The position numbers and the translations under genes were made by a program. From Eledone cirrhosa (Eukaryota): a DNA stretch of 64,000 nucleotides. Shown here in pieces: positions 1 to 15,000 of this stretch; position 1 is the stretch's first letter; each line of letters begins with the position of its first letter. The stretch is taken from NCBI GenBank assembly GCA_964016885.1, contig OZ024758.1, forward strand, positions 2,046,001-2,110,000. The letters run 5' to 3'. Under the pieces are notes generated by a model, which was not told the origin of the DNA, made no database searches, and saw only the letters and a program-made list of their open reading frames with translations.

Positions 1-26
1 CCTCAAGCTCATGATTAGTGGAACGC
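1..26 (-). CDS. RAD50: RAD50 coding exon 28 (truncated by window edge)
   Basis: CAG acceptor then RSTNHELE, in phase. Confidence 0.75.
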
Positions 27-3000
27 CTGTTTAAAACAAAAAGAAACTATCAACAACCTGTAATGATTTAGCAGAAAATGTCAATAAACTAGTTGGTTAC
101 TTCAAATGTTTAACTCTTAAGCATCTACATTACTCTATATATACTATTGTATTTTCACAGTAAAGGCTTTACCTCACATAATATCTCACATAACATTTAC
201 ATTACTCTATATTTACTATTGTATTTTCACAGTAAAGGCTTTACCTCACATAACATTTACATTACTCTATATATAGTATTGTATTTTCACAGTAAAGGCT
301 TTACCTCACATAATATCTCACATAATATTGAATCTACGAGATTTTAATGTTATTTATTTTGAGAAAAATACCTTAATGTAGGTATGAGCGGCAGGTTATG
401 GTTGGTTTGAACAGAAAGAGGTGAGAGAATTCTGGCTGAAAATAACTTACAACTTTGACTGTACAGTTTCTTTTTCATTAGTCACATCTTCAAGACTGCG
501 ATCACCAACAGAATCTTTAGAACAATAGAATTGGAACAACTATCAGCGAAGTTATATTAAAAAGAAAAAGATTAGTTTATCATCATCATCATCGTTTAAC
601 ATCTATTTTCCATGACATCCAAACCGATGCCAGCATGGACATAGAAATAGTGATGGTGGTGGTGGTGATGATGGTGATTATGATGATGACATGATGATGA
701 TGATGATGATGATGATGAATGCAACATTAACACCAACTGACTGATGCATTCTAGGTGCAGTAAAATAAACATCAGGTTTATATGTAGAGACATACTAAAG
801 AGGGCATATATAGCTAAGTTGCTCTGAAAGTACACAATAAGCCAAGTAGATGCAGAGAACAATACAATTGCAGCTTACCGACTCCTACATTAGATAGCAA
901 GGATTTCTGGATTTTGATCTTCTTGTCAATTTCTTTCACTTCAGCGAGATAACGATCTAACAATAGGATATCAGGCAACATACTTTTAGCAATGGATTCA
1001 TCACTCATTAGGTCCTGCTGTTCTTCCTCTGCCTACAAAAAACAAGCATTTATTCATGAGCAAATGTGTCCAATCTATATATAAATTTCTGCGATTCTAT
1101 CACAACACGTAAAGAGAGAGGAGTAGTTTCACTACCTCATACTACTCCTCTCTCTTTACATCTGCTCCCTGCGTGAATGTATGTGATGTGTAAAAGGAAG
1201 GAAGGGGATGGTGAAAAGACTACACTGTGTGAGTGTATGTGTATGTGTGTGTGTGTAAATGTATGTGTGTGTGGTGTGACAGTGTCTTAGAGGAGGTCTT
1301 GAAAAGGGTTATGGGATTTGCTTTCTTCCTGACTAAATGATAAAAGAAATTGACTGCACAAACCTCTTGAATACCTTGGTTCAGTTTCATTGTGGCACTG
1401 TTGACATTGTCTAACTCCCTTTTAATGACCGGTATTTCATTTGTAGATAGAATATTCAGCTAGAAATTGAGGAAAGAAAACAGAAATTGGAGTGAGCAAT
1501 ATAATATGCCAGCATGGAAAAATCAACATAAAAATGATGATGATGATGATGATGATGATGATGGTGATTATTATTATCATCATTATTATTTGAAATATTG
1601 TGGACTGGAAACTTTTTACCGTGTTACCCATACGACCACATTACAGCGTGGACTGTGTGTTTTTTTGTCGTGACACCTACACGACCTCATTAGTTTGGAC
1701 TGGATGTTGTGGTACCAACATAACTTTACAGAGAAAGGGTGGTGTTGGTGGGGCTGGGAGGATGGAGTGGAGTAGTGAGTTGGGGTGTGTTTGGTTTGGA
1801 GGGGCCTACTGACTGTATGTTAACTTTGTACATAGGGAAATAACTTACCTCTTTTTTAATTGGTATCAACTGCTGTAGATTATCATATTCAATCTGGTGT
1901 TGATTAAGATCCCTCTCACTTTTCTGTAGCTTCGAAGGGACCATCCGTAATTTATTCTCAAGCTAAAAGATATTAAAAAAGTAAGCATTATCATAGTACC
2001 AGTAATGCACTGGAATAATTGCTGGCCTTGTGCCAATAGTAGAAACAATTATCATAGTTGATCATCACAGTAATGTTTACTCACAGGACATGGCTGGAAC
2101 AAATCTTCAACATACAATTCATCTCTAATGTCTTTAACATCTCATCAAGCAATATTCTTTCAAATTTTCTCATCTCCTCTAAAACTACCCTCCAGTGTTT
2201 ATAAATAAAACAAAAAGCTTTTCCACTCAGCATATATTAAACCATTCATATCTCCATACCATCTCTAAACTATTTATCTCTCCATACCATCTCTAAACTA
2301 TTTATCTCTCCATACCATCTCTAAACTATTTATCTCTCCATACCATCTCTAAACTATTTATCTCTCCATACCATCTCTAAACTATTTATCTCTCCATACC
2401 ATCTCTAAACTATTTATCTCTCCATACCATCTCTAAACCATTCATATCTCCATACCATCTCTAAACTATTTATCTCTCCATACCATCTCTAAACCATTCA
2501 TATCTCCATACCATCTCTAAACCATTTATCTCTCCATACCGTCCCTAAACCATTCATATCTCCATACCATCTCTAAACCATTTATCTCTCCATACCGTCC
2601 CTAAACCATTCATATCTCCATTCCATCTCAAGCAGAGAAGGGGGGAGGGAGTGTGTGGGTGTGTGCCAGAGAGAAGTAGAAGACATCGCCCCCATCTAAT
2701 AAGAATGAAAAATCAAAAGGAAGATGTCAAAGAAGTGAAATAACATCAACAGTAATAATAATAATAATTGTTTCTACTTTAGGCACAAGGCCTGCAATTT
2801 GAAGGGGAGGGCAAAGTCGATTAAATCGACCCTAATGAATTACTGGTACTTTATTTTATCGAACCCATAATGATGAAAGGCAAAGCTAACCTCAGCGTGA
2901 TTTTAACTCAGAACGTAAAGGACCATAACTTTATGCCGCAAAGCATGTTGTAATGAATAGAATAAACATACCTCTAATATTAAATCCCAACTTTCTTGCT

Positions 3001-6000
3001 CTTGTTCAAAGCCTCGATGACATAAGGGACAGCAAGGATTATCTTTTTTCAAGTCAACAACAAATTTCTTAAAGAAATGTTCTGACCCCATCAAAGATCC
3101 CCGAAGTCTACAGAAAAGAGAGATAAAAAGATGTAGCTGATTCATTACATACACAACAAACCACATTAATAAGACAATATCAAAAAGTATAAAACAGTAA
3201 TATGACTGCATCACATTAAAAGGATGTAGCTGATTCATTACATACAGCTGGATACCCTTCATAACATTGACATGGTTTCTACAACTGGATGCCCTTCCTA
3301 ACACCAATCTCACATTGACGAGATTTCTACAACTGGATGCCCTTCCTAACACCAGAGGATAACAATACAATTCAATAAAACAATATATTAATTTAACACT
3401 TGTTACAGTTAGAAAACAGCCTTAACGTTTCAGATGATAGTCATCATCATCACCGTTTTACGTCCGTTCTTCCACGCTAGCATGGGTTAGACGGGTTGTC
3501 CTGTTGTGGGCAGTGTCTGGTCGGCTGACCATGCCTTGCTCATACAGGAACTGATCTGGCTTGATTTCTACAGCTGGATGCCCTTCCTAACACCAACCTC
3601 ATTTACAGTGAGTGCTGGGTGCTTTTTCGTGGCGCCTACACGTCCACTTTACAGTGTGGGCTGGGTGCTTTTTTGCCGTGGCACCTCCACGACCACCTTG
3701 CGGTGGGGGGGGGGGGGGGGGGGGGGCATTTTGTTTATATGCTTCAGCATGTACCCATGGGAGGTCGGGTACCCTGTATTACTGCGTGACGCCAGAAGTC
3801 ACGGTCGTAGAGAGTTGATTAATAAATTGTTTGTAGTAAACTATAACAAAAATAAAAAAGTATCGTACTCTTGAAATTGATTGAGCTTTTGCTGTGTGTT
3901 CTGTAAACAGTCATCAAAAGTGTCCTCTCCACAAACATCTTGCAACTTTTCTTCCAACTCTGCAGAAATAAACCCCAAAGGAAAACATTAGAGAAACGTG
4001 TGACTCGAAATGTTATTAGATGTAGGCCTGCCTATACTGTTAAAAAGTCTACTTCACATGTAGTTTTGGGTTCTATGTCGACCCATGCTAGCGTGGAAGA
4101 TGGATGTTAAGCAATGATGATGATGATGTGTGGAACTTCAGGTGTTTTCAGGGCCTCCAAGAGAAATTTTGCAAGGTGGTACAAGACCCCTTAGGGGCCC
4201 GAAGCAGGCAAAGATTTTTCTCAAAATAGATGTTCCATGGTTACTGTGGGGCCTTCTTAGCTCTTGGGCCTCCGGAACAAAGTACCAACTGGACTTCACC
4301 CCCTGTCATAGGCCTTGGACTTATCTGTAGAGTAGACTGGTAGCTATGGAGTTTGGATGTTGTTTGGTTGCTGTGGGGGGGGGCCTTCTTTTTCCCTACT
4401 TTTCCTTCCATTACATTTATAGTTCTTTCCAATACTGCTTTCTTTTTTTGTATGTTTAAACAATTTATAATTAAGATAAACATTAAATTATTTTTACTTA
4501 CTTTTTGCTTTATTCTCTTTTTCTCTCAGATTTTCCCTGAATAAAATAGAAATGTAATTTTTATAAGATTTCTATAATTTATGCTGAAAAAAGTTTAGAA
4601 AATACAAAAAAAAAATGGTACAAAAGTGGAAATGTCCAGAGTTGACTACTAATGTGTAACCTGAAATTATAGCAAATAACAGAAAAACTACTGATACTAA
4701 AGGCTGGGAGTTTGGTCATTACTGGTGCCGCTAATAGCAGGAACCACTTTTTATGATTGACTAGTTTTTGAAAGGTTTTGAATCTGTGCAGATATCTAAG
4801 ACTAAGGAGAGAGAGAGAGAATGATAAAACTGTCACTAATAAATAGAAATTCAACAACATGTACTCAATGAAAACAAAATAAAAACTTACAAAAGCATTC
4901 TCTTCTGAGTTTCTTTACTGGACAACTCTCGTTTTAATCCATCGACTTTTTCTGTGGATTTTTGAACAACAATTGACTGCTTGCTACAGAAAATTTTTAA
5001 AATATCAATGTTTATTAACAAAATTCAGTATATACTTATAATTACTGTCAAATTAATTAGGATTTAAAAAAATATATAATGTGGTTGGCATTAGGAAGGG
5101 CATCCAGCCGTAGAAAACCAGCCAGAAACACCCCTATTTGAGCGAGACACTGTCACCCGACACAACTTATCTCAAAATAGGACCCATCTAACCCAAGATA
5201 GATGTTAATCGATGATGATGATGATATACATTAACCCTTTAGCTATTTACATTACTCTATATATATTATTGTATTTTCATAGTAAACGCTTTATTTCATA
5301 CAATTATCTCACATATCAAATTCACACTTTTTTCCACGCTTGCATGGGTCAAACAGGTCGTCCACATTGAGAGACAAGTCTGGTCAGAATTAGACACGCG
5401 GGACCTTGCTCCGACGGGACTAAATTTGGCCAGGTTTTTTTTTACAGACATGGGCAGCAACTGCAGAGGATATGCAATGGCTGGAGAGAAATAAACATAC
5501 TGCATTGGATGTGCAATGTCAATATGTGTGAACGACCAAGCATAGGTGAGTTGAGAGAGAAACTGTGTATATGAGGGATAAGCTGTGGTGTGCGGGAGAG
5601 AAGACTGTGTTGGTATCGACATGTGATGCGCATGGAAGATGACCACTGGGTAAAGAAGTGCTAAGAAATCCCAGTGGAAGGAAGACACAATAGAGGAAGA
5701 CCACGAAAAACATGGGCGGAGGTGGTGAGAGTTGATCACTGAAGCTCACGGAGGAAGTGACGAAGAACCGTGACAAGTGGAGAGATGCTGTGCTGAATAG
5801 GACCTGTCTCACCCTTGCAAGCAGGGAAAAGCGGACGTAAAATGATGATGATGCCCTTCCTAACACCAACCACATTGTATCATAAAAATAACTTTCTCAA
5901 ACGTTCACCCTTGGTTTGCAAGTCAAAGGTGACACATGAATAGTGTGGGGAGTGAGAACCATAAAAATAACTTTCTCCACAATGGTTCAATAAGATATAG

Positions 6001-9000
6001 AAGAGATTTTTACCTTGTGTATTCATTCAAAGTTTCACGAAGATTATGTTGAGGCATACTTCCCAGAAGATGAATAATGGTATTTTCATGACGTGATTTA
6101 CTAAAAACAAATATAAAGTATGCAATATGTAATATTTGGCTTTTAACTAGAGGTAGGTAGCTGCACTGCTTAGAGATAAATCTATACTAATTAAAAAACC
6201 AAATTAGAATTTAGTTTCTCGCCCTAACATAGCGGATACATAAATGCATTTGTGAGTTTTATATCAAATAATATTTGGTTTGTTTGGAAGCAAACAGCCT
6301 TGTTACGCTGTTTTTTAGATGACCATTACCATCCTTAGGCTAATCAGCCGATGTACACTTTATATCAGCCATGGGCAACCTACAGCCCGCGATGCTTTCT
6401 GAATGGCTTGCCTAAGTCACCTAAGTGACAGTAAAGGCTTTACTTCACATAATATCTCACATAACATTTACATTACTCTATATATACTATTGTATTTTCA
6501 CAGTAAAGTCTTTACCTCACATAATATCAAATCTATGAGATTTTTATATTATCTATTTTGAGAACAATACCTTAACATAAGTATGAGCAGCCAGTTATGG
6601 TTGGTTTGAACAGAAAGAGGTGAGAGAATTCAGGCCAGATACGGCTGGTTTAAATGCTAAAGAGTTAATTAACTCAGTTATGAGAGTAAAGTAACAATCC
6701 TACTAAAAATGATTTCCTGTACCTTTTTTGAATTAGGTCTTCTTTGGTTGTTTTATCTTTGTTTAACGAAGTAAGCTGTGCCTTGACATCGGAGTGTTCA
6801 TTTAGCTTTTTTACAAGACCACTGAAACAAGACACTGAAAGTATTAGAATTTAACATAGTTGTTTCTACTTTTGGCACAAGGCTAGCAATTACCCCAGTG
6901 TATTACTGGTGGTGTTGTGTGGTTTGTTGTACACCACAACACTTCACACATCTCCACACAACACACCACACACCACCACACAACACACCACACAACACTT
7001 CACACATCTCCACACAACACACCACACACCACCACACAACACTTCACACATCTCCACAACCACAACACTCCACACACCACACAACACTTCACACATCTCC
7101 ACACAACCACACACCACAACACTCCATACACCACCACAACACTCCACACACCACACCACACCACACCACACTACAACAGAATACAATAGTTACTCAAGTT
7201 CATCAAATTGTTCCTCCAAAGTCGTCTTCTTCTGAGATAAACTCTGAATTCCTTTCTTTAGTTCCTCCATATTGGTTGACTCTTCCGCCTTCTTCAGGGA
7301 TTTCTCCTTCAGTTACAAAACAACACAATTTCAACATTGCAATTGATATTAAACTAATACATTTTATAATAAAACACAGACATACTCACACATAGACACA
7401 CACTTGACACAGACATACTCACACACACTTGACACAGACATACTCACACACACTTGACACAGACATACTCACACATAGACACACACTTGACAGACATACT
7501 CACACACACTTGACACAGACATACACACACTTGACACAGACATACTCACACACACAGACAGACATACTCACACACAAACTTGATGCAGACATACTCACAT
7601 ACACACTCACACTCACATTTGACAGACACACACACACACACACGACAGACACACACGCACAAGACACACTAACACACACAGATATACCCCCCCCCCCCCT
7701 ACAGTGTCACAGACATACAGACACACACTATGATGATGATGGTGGTGATGATGATGTTTATGTCTATGACAATGATGATGGTGATAGTGATGTTGATGAT
7801 GGTGGTGAAGGTGATGGCAGCAATGATGATGATGATGATGATGGTGGTGAAAGAAAAACAAAAGTAATAACAGCATCTTACAACAGACTCCAAACTATCA
7901 GAGATTTCATTAAGATAACTATCAGAAGTTTCCATCTGTCGCAGCTTTCGGTCTTGCTTTTCAATCACTGCAGTATTTTTTATCTGGAAACAAAACATGT
8001 ATATTTATCAGAACCCATCTGTTATCTAGATATATAAACTTGTAGTTCCTGTCTGTCTGTTTGTTTGTTTGTTCACGAACTCCTCCTATGGTTTTGAAGA
8101 AAGACCCCCATAACCATATATATTCTGAAACTACATTGCCCAGGGTACTTGGATAAGTATATTTCATTATAATCAAAGGGTTCTCCAGGGGCACAAAGCC
8201 CCGCTGAAAATGTTTTCCCTTCAATTTATATGAAATTTAAACCATAGGTAAATGACAAGATATGATGCCTATTCACAAAATTTCAGCAAATTTCAATAAT
8301 ATTAAAACACCCTAATGGGGGTTAAACTCCCTATAGTGAAAATTTTGGAAGCCCAGAGTATTGGAACCTCTATTATCACGGGGTTTTTCTATTAATTAAA
8401 CGTAAATCAACAAAAAAAGCACCTTGTTTACCCTGAAGTTCTTCATTAGGGCAAAGTATGAAATATATTTTCATGTATTTATTATATTAAAAAATAAATA
8501 ATTAAACTTTGAAAATAATGCTTTACACAAAAATGAAATGATCAAGTTTTGAATTAATATTTTGAAAAAAAATGATTTACAAGAAACAAAATAAGAATAA
8601 GATTTAATAATATAATTTTGATTTGATATATTACAAAAAATAATGTTTTCCAATTTTTCATGCATTACATTTTACATTGAGTAATATTGAAATGCAGAGT
8701 TTTTCTCCATAAATTATATTACTGATTTAAAATCAATCATTTTTTTACAAAAAAATGTGTGAAACACAGCAAGGCGCGGGTAATTTGGCTAGTATAGATA
8801 TAAATTTCTGGGATCCTGTCACAGCACATAGAGAGTAGTTTGACTACCTCATACTAATCCTCTCTTTATGTGTGAATGTATGTGGGTGTAAAAAGAAGGA
8901 AGGAGATTTATCTATATATAAATTTCTGTCTGAGACATTCTTACCATATGCCCATAGTATCGGAGCTGTGATCTCTCAAATCGAAGAAGTAGTGACTCTG

Positions 9001-12000
9001 ACCTCTGTGCTACAGATCCGTCCAGCGATTCTTTCCTGATATATTCTAACCACATGCCCACCATAGTATCAGAGCTGTGGTCTCTCAATTCGGAGAAGTA
9101 GCAACTCTACCTGGAGTGACACTCTGATCTCCAAGCTGCGAACTTTATCAATCTGGCAGAAGTGTTAGAGTAATGTTACTCTAAAGACCGCTTGTATTTG
9201 CTTGAACTCAGCATGATAATAAAAGAATAACTTTTAGGGAGCTGCTTCCTCTGCTGACAAAGAAGGGTTTCTCCCTGCGTACGAAAGGCCAGTTATATGA
9301 TGCCTGTGTGAGATGCACGTTGCTGCATGGTAGTGAGACATGGGCAGCAACTACAGAGGATATGCGACGGCTGGAGAGAAATGAAGCAAGCATGCTCCGT
9401 TGGATGTGCAATGTCAATGTGCGTGAACGACCAAGCATGGATGAGTTGAGAGAGAAACTGTGTTTAAGAGGGATAAACTGTAGTGTGCGGGAGAGAAGAC
9501 TGTGTTGGTATGGACATGTGATGCGCATGGAAGATGACCGCTGGGTAAAGAAGTGCTAAGAAATCCCAGTGGAAGGAAGACGCAGTAGAGGAAGACCACG
9601 AAAAACATGGGCGGAGGTGGTGAGAGCAGACCTAAGATTGCTGAAGCTCACGGAGGAAGTGATGAAGGACCGTGACAAGTGGAGAGATGCTGTGCTGAAT
9701 AGGACCTGTCCCACCCTTGCAAGCAGGGAAAAGCGGATGTAAAATGATGATGATGAACTAAGTAAATGTATTCCTTACTAGTATGCTGTCCTCCATCTTG
9801 ATATTCTGTTCAAGTTGAGTCTTCCTTTCTTTAACATCATCAATTTCTTGTTGTATACGTTGTTCCTTCTCTTCAAATCTTTTCTATTTGAAGAATTAAT
9901 ATAATAAAAAAAAAAAGATTAACCCTTTCATGATTGCATTTCTAATAAAATACACTCTATTTTAATTAAATTAATTAACCCTTTAGCTTTTAAACCTGCT
10001 GTACCTGGCCAGAATTCTCTCACCTCTTTCTGTTCAAACTCGCCATAACTGGCCACTCATACTGATGTTAAGGTATTGTTCTCAAAATAAATAACATCAA
10101 AATCTTGTAGATTTGATATTATGTGAGGTAAAACCTTTACCAATAAAAATACAATAGTATATATAGAGTAATGTAAATGCTAAAGGGTTAAACCAGCCGT
10201 ATCTGGCCAGAATTCTCTCACCCCTTCTTATTCAAACCGTCTATAACTGGCCACTCATACTTATGTTAAGGTATTGTTCTCAAAATAAATAACATCAAAA
10301 TCTTGTAGATTCGATATTATGTGAGGTAAAGCCTTTACTGTGAAAATACAATAGTAAATATAGAGTAATGTAAATGTTAAAGGGTTAACATACGCACCTT
10401 TTCTACAGTAGCCTCAGACATCATATGCTGGTAGGTTTCTTTTAATTTATCCATGAATCGTTTTGTGGTTTTGTTGTCAATGGAATTCGTGTTATCAAAA
10501 TCTGAAAGAATATTAATTTCACTCAAGAATTAAACAACAATCACCATCATTTGGCATGTTTTGTTCCCTGCTAGTAAAGGTTGGTTGGGTCGTTACAGAT
10601 GGGTCATAACAAATGGGTTGTCACAGATTGAGTTATTACAGATGGGTCATTACAGATAATCCGTCACAGATGGGTCATCAGAGATTGAGTTATCACAGAT
10701 TCAATATTATGTGAGATATTATGTGAGGTAAAGCCTCTACCGTGAAAATATAATAGTAAATATAGAGTAAACATCATCATCATCATTTTACGCCTGCTTT
10801 TCCCAGCTTGCAAGGGCGGGACGGATCGTCTTCAGCACAGCATCTCTCCATTCGTCACGGTCCTTTGTCATCTCCTCTGTGAGTTTCAGTGATCTGAGAT
10901 CAGTTCTCACCACCTCCGCCCATGATTTTCTTGGTCTTCCTTCCACTGGGATGTAATGTAAATGCTAAAGGGTTAAGAAGCTTGTTTTGCTCTGGTAATA
11001 CCACAAAATAAATACATGTTTTGCATTCTGTCATACAACATCAACAAATGTCTAACTCCCTCCACAACTAATAACATGGAAAATCAATAAGAACCAACAT
11101 TATGCAAAGTCATCTCTTTATAAATGCGAAACAATTATCAAAGAAATAATCCTCACCATCAATATTATATTTTGTAGCCAGTTTTATAACCAATTTTGCA
11201 CGTTTTTCTATGTTTTCTGCATTGTCCTAGAATATCAAGAGCGATAAATAAAAAATTTACCACATATATTTGTATATAAGCTGAGAAATATGTGAAAATA
11301 CAATAGTATATAATAGTATAAGAGTAATGTAAATGTTATGTGAGATATTATGTTATTATAAATGTTATGTGAGGTAAAGCCTTTACTGTGAAAACACAAT
11401 AGTATATATAGAGTAATGTAAATGGTAAAGGGTTAAATGAATGATCTTGTAATAGAGGAAAAAATGTAACCAACAGCTACATTAAAACTTACATCAGCTT
11501 CTTGGTTCAGTTTGCCAATCTCTACCAACAAACTAGATTTTTCTTCTTCATAACCTTCGATTTTATATGCAAGTTTCTTCAACTTCTTATCCAACTGAAA
11601 TATATAAAAATATATATATATATTTTTTAATGAAAGTCATTCCTAATGGTGTTAACAAGAAGTCAAACAGTTAAGCAACAGCTAACCTTTATATTATGGA
11701 ACTCAGCACCATAATATACAGGTTCTTACATTAGGACAAGATGACAAAGGTGTAAAGGTACAGATGATTGACCCTGGTACATGTTGGTAGTGGTATATTT
11801 GACCCTGGAAAGATGAAGGGTAATGTCAAAAGGATTTGAATTGAAATCATAACATGAAACAGGGACATTAGTTGCTGCAAAGTTAACCTCTAAGCAGTTG
11901 AGTATTTGGCAATTCTGAAGGAAAAATAAGCTTACAAAGCTGTAACATACTTATACATACATATATATATACATATATATCAACATCATCCACACTAGCA

Positions 12001-15000
12001 TAAGATGATGATGCCTGCAACTCAATTCCGAGTAATGCCATCGCTTGATACTTAAGCATGAACATCACAGACCTGGCTTTTTAGTCCTGCTAGGGACTTG
12101 CCTGTGGCCAGCAATACCCTGCATCGCAATGTCACATATCAAGTGGTGCCTGTGCTTGAAGCTTTTTTAAGTGACGAAAGGCTTTGCACGGAGCCAATCC
12201 CACTCTCTGAACATCGAATGCATTTGCCCAAAAGGAAGCTTGGGGGTGTTGCCGGTTTAGTTGCCGATGACCCGACCATGTTGTACTGGGTTACATGTTA
12301 CCAATAGCACTGAAGAGCAGCCTGATATGTACTGAAGAGCAGCCTGATATGTACTGAAGAGCAGCCTGATATGTACTGAAGAGCAGCCTGATATGTACTG
12401 AAGAGCAACCTGATATGTACTGAAGAGCAGCCTGATATGTACTGAAGAGCAACCTGATATGTACTGAAGAGCAACCTGATATGTACTGAAGAGCAGCCTG
12501 ATATGTACTGAAGAGCAGCCTGATATGTACTGAAGAGCAGCCTGATATGTACTGAAGAGCAGCCTGATATGTACTGAAGAGCAGCCTGATATGTACTGAA
12601 GAGCAACCTGATATGTACTGAAGAGCAACCTGATATGTACTGAAGAGCAGCCTGATATGTACTGAAGAGCAGCCTGATATGTACTGAAGAGCAACCTGAT
12701 ATGTACCTGATGCTGCCAATCCACCGCCCTTTGCTCAATAATGAAATAATGCTGGTTGAAAAACCACAGAAATGGTTACCTTAGAAAGAGATTCTTCTTT
12801 CTCCTTCAAGTTTTCATTATATGTATTCAGCATTGTCTTTAACTCTGCGGTGCTTCCTACAAGAAGAGAACCAAATTTATTATACTAGAGCAGAAACAAT
12901 TATTTGTTTATAAATTCTTATATATAATTTATAGTTGACTGGTTAGTTTAACTTAGCAAAGTCTCTGATTGTTTACCTAAAGTACTCTACTGATGTAATG
13001 AGGCAGCATTGATGCCATGTTTACTCAGCTGTAGAAATGAGTTGCGATCCTGCCAAATCAATGGGTGGCAGTAGTTCCAGCTGCACCAAAGACTGGTGTA
13101 GTGGTTCTGAGAACAATGTGGCTTTAGAGATGATCAATGCAAATTGACAATGGAAAGGTGCTCCCGCTCGAGTTAGAAGAGAACTATTGACCTTCAGGAG
13201 AAGCAGTGACCCCTGATTGTATTCAGCAACTGAAACAAGTACACCAAATCCAATGCTCCTAGGGGTGGCCCTGGTTCTTCTTATTTGTGAGTGTAAACTC
13301 GGCCAGATTAGATTTGATGCCATGTTAAACTCTACTCAACCCACTCTGTAAAATGGTAGTGCTGGTGCCACAATGAAAAGCACGCAGACCAAACTAACAC
13401 GATAAAAAATTACCCAATCCCCATTGTATGGTGGTAGTGCTGGAGATATGATAAAATGCACCCAGTCCACCCTGTATGGTGGTAGTGCTGGAGTCACGAT
13501 AAAATGTTCCCAGTTCATGCTGTAAAGTTATTGGCATTAGGAAGGGCATCCAGCTGTAAAAACCACATGTATATATTTATTAGACAGGTGACCCAGGAAT
13601 TCTGAGCCAATCTATCTTTTATTTATTGTTCTGCCATACACTCATAATATTATAGTTATTGTCCTTCTTCCCTGGAGATGGTGGCTATGACTGAAATCTC
13701 CTCAATCAGAGCTGACTAGGAATTAACAAAACATATAACACAAATTTACCTTCAAATTCAGTTTCAATTTTTTTTCGGAGTTCCTCAATACTTCTCTGTA
13801 AATCCTTCTTTCGACTTGAAACAACCGCTAGAATTATAACCAGAATCAAAGATCAGCTGTTTTCAACACTAGGATTTTTTTCAACAAGTATGATTGTGTA
13901 TGTGCATATCCATACATTTATATAATAATAATGAAATTATTGGGTACAGTGCTCAGGTGCACTACAACTCATCAAAGGTGCATGTATAGTACATAGAATA
14001 ATATACAAATTTCAGGGAAGTGAATAGTGTATGAGTCATGATATACATATGTGCATGTGTATGGAGGGGGAATATTAGGTGTAGTGTTGGCAAATCTCAG
14101 GAACCATGGAGGTTTTAAAGGATGCAGTGTCTCGACAGATAACAACTGATGCAGGTAGTTTGTTCCATGCTTCAGCAACTCTGAGCGTGAAAAAATGTTT
14201 CTGAAAGTCATGGGAGCTGTGTTGTTTTCTGACTTGTATGAGTATATAAATATAAATATATATGTGCAAACACAGGCACACTTACAAAATTACACACTCA
14301 CCTTTCAGAAGGTTTGGTCAGAAGCAACTATCTCTAATTAATCCAGATGGATACCCAAGCGAGACCAGCTGAGCTCATGGATGTTATCCAACCATCTTGC
14401 TCAGGTTACACCCCTGGTTCTCTTGCCAGTTTGTTTTGCTTGTAATATCTGTAATATCTTTCCTGAGACATTCTAACATATCCACAGTACCAGAACTATG
14501 AACCTCATAACTCAGAGAAGTCACTTGGAGTGACTCTCTCATCTCTGAGCTACACATTCTATTGAGTACCATTACTCTTCGGAGGAACCACATTTCAGCC
14601 ATTTGTATTCGCGATTGTATTCTTTCGGTTATTAAGATTCATGACCATAGGTAAGGGTTGGTATGAATACTTAATTGAAGATAACAAGTTTGACTTTTAC
14701 ACCAACCTCCCTTCTTCTGATTACCGAATGCTGAAGCTGGAGCATTACTGCACCAGCTCCTGCAATTGTTACACTTAATTCAGGCTCTTGCCTTCCATTA
14801 TGGACAGCCCCAAGACACTTGGAAGAAGTCAAGAATAATGAACGGACAGGACTAAATTATCAAGAATACATTTAAGAACTTACCAATATCCCTCTTTAGA
14901 TTGTTCATTTCTTCGGAGCGCTCATTAATGTCATCGATCTTTTTCTGAAAATATTATACAAACTCCATCAATAACTTATGTAAGATCAATATCCAATAAA

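Noticed and set aside
4763-4795. Possible RAD50 exon after a CTTAG acceptor
   Set aside because: No good donor; the 4502-4536 exon restores phase and fits the expected length.
6898-8037. His/Thr/Asp-rich ORFs
   Set aside because: Simple-repeat translations antisense to RAD50 exons.
12257-12738. Regular 22-bp array resembling CRISPR or a repeat protein
   Set aside because: No unique spacers; a eukaryotic intronic minisatellite.
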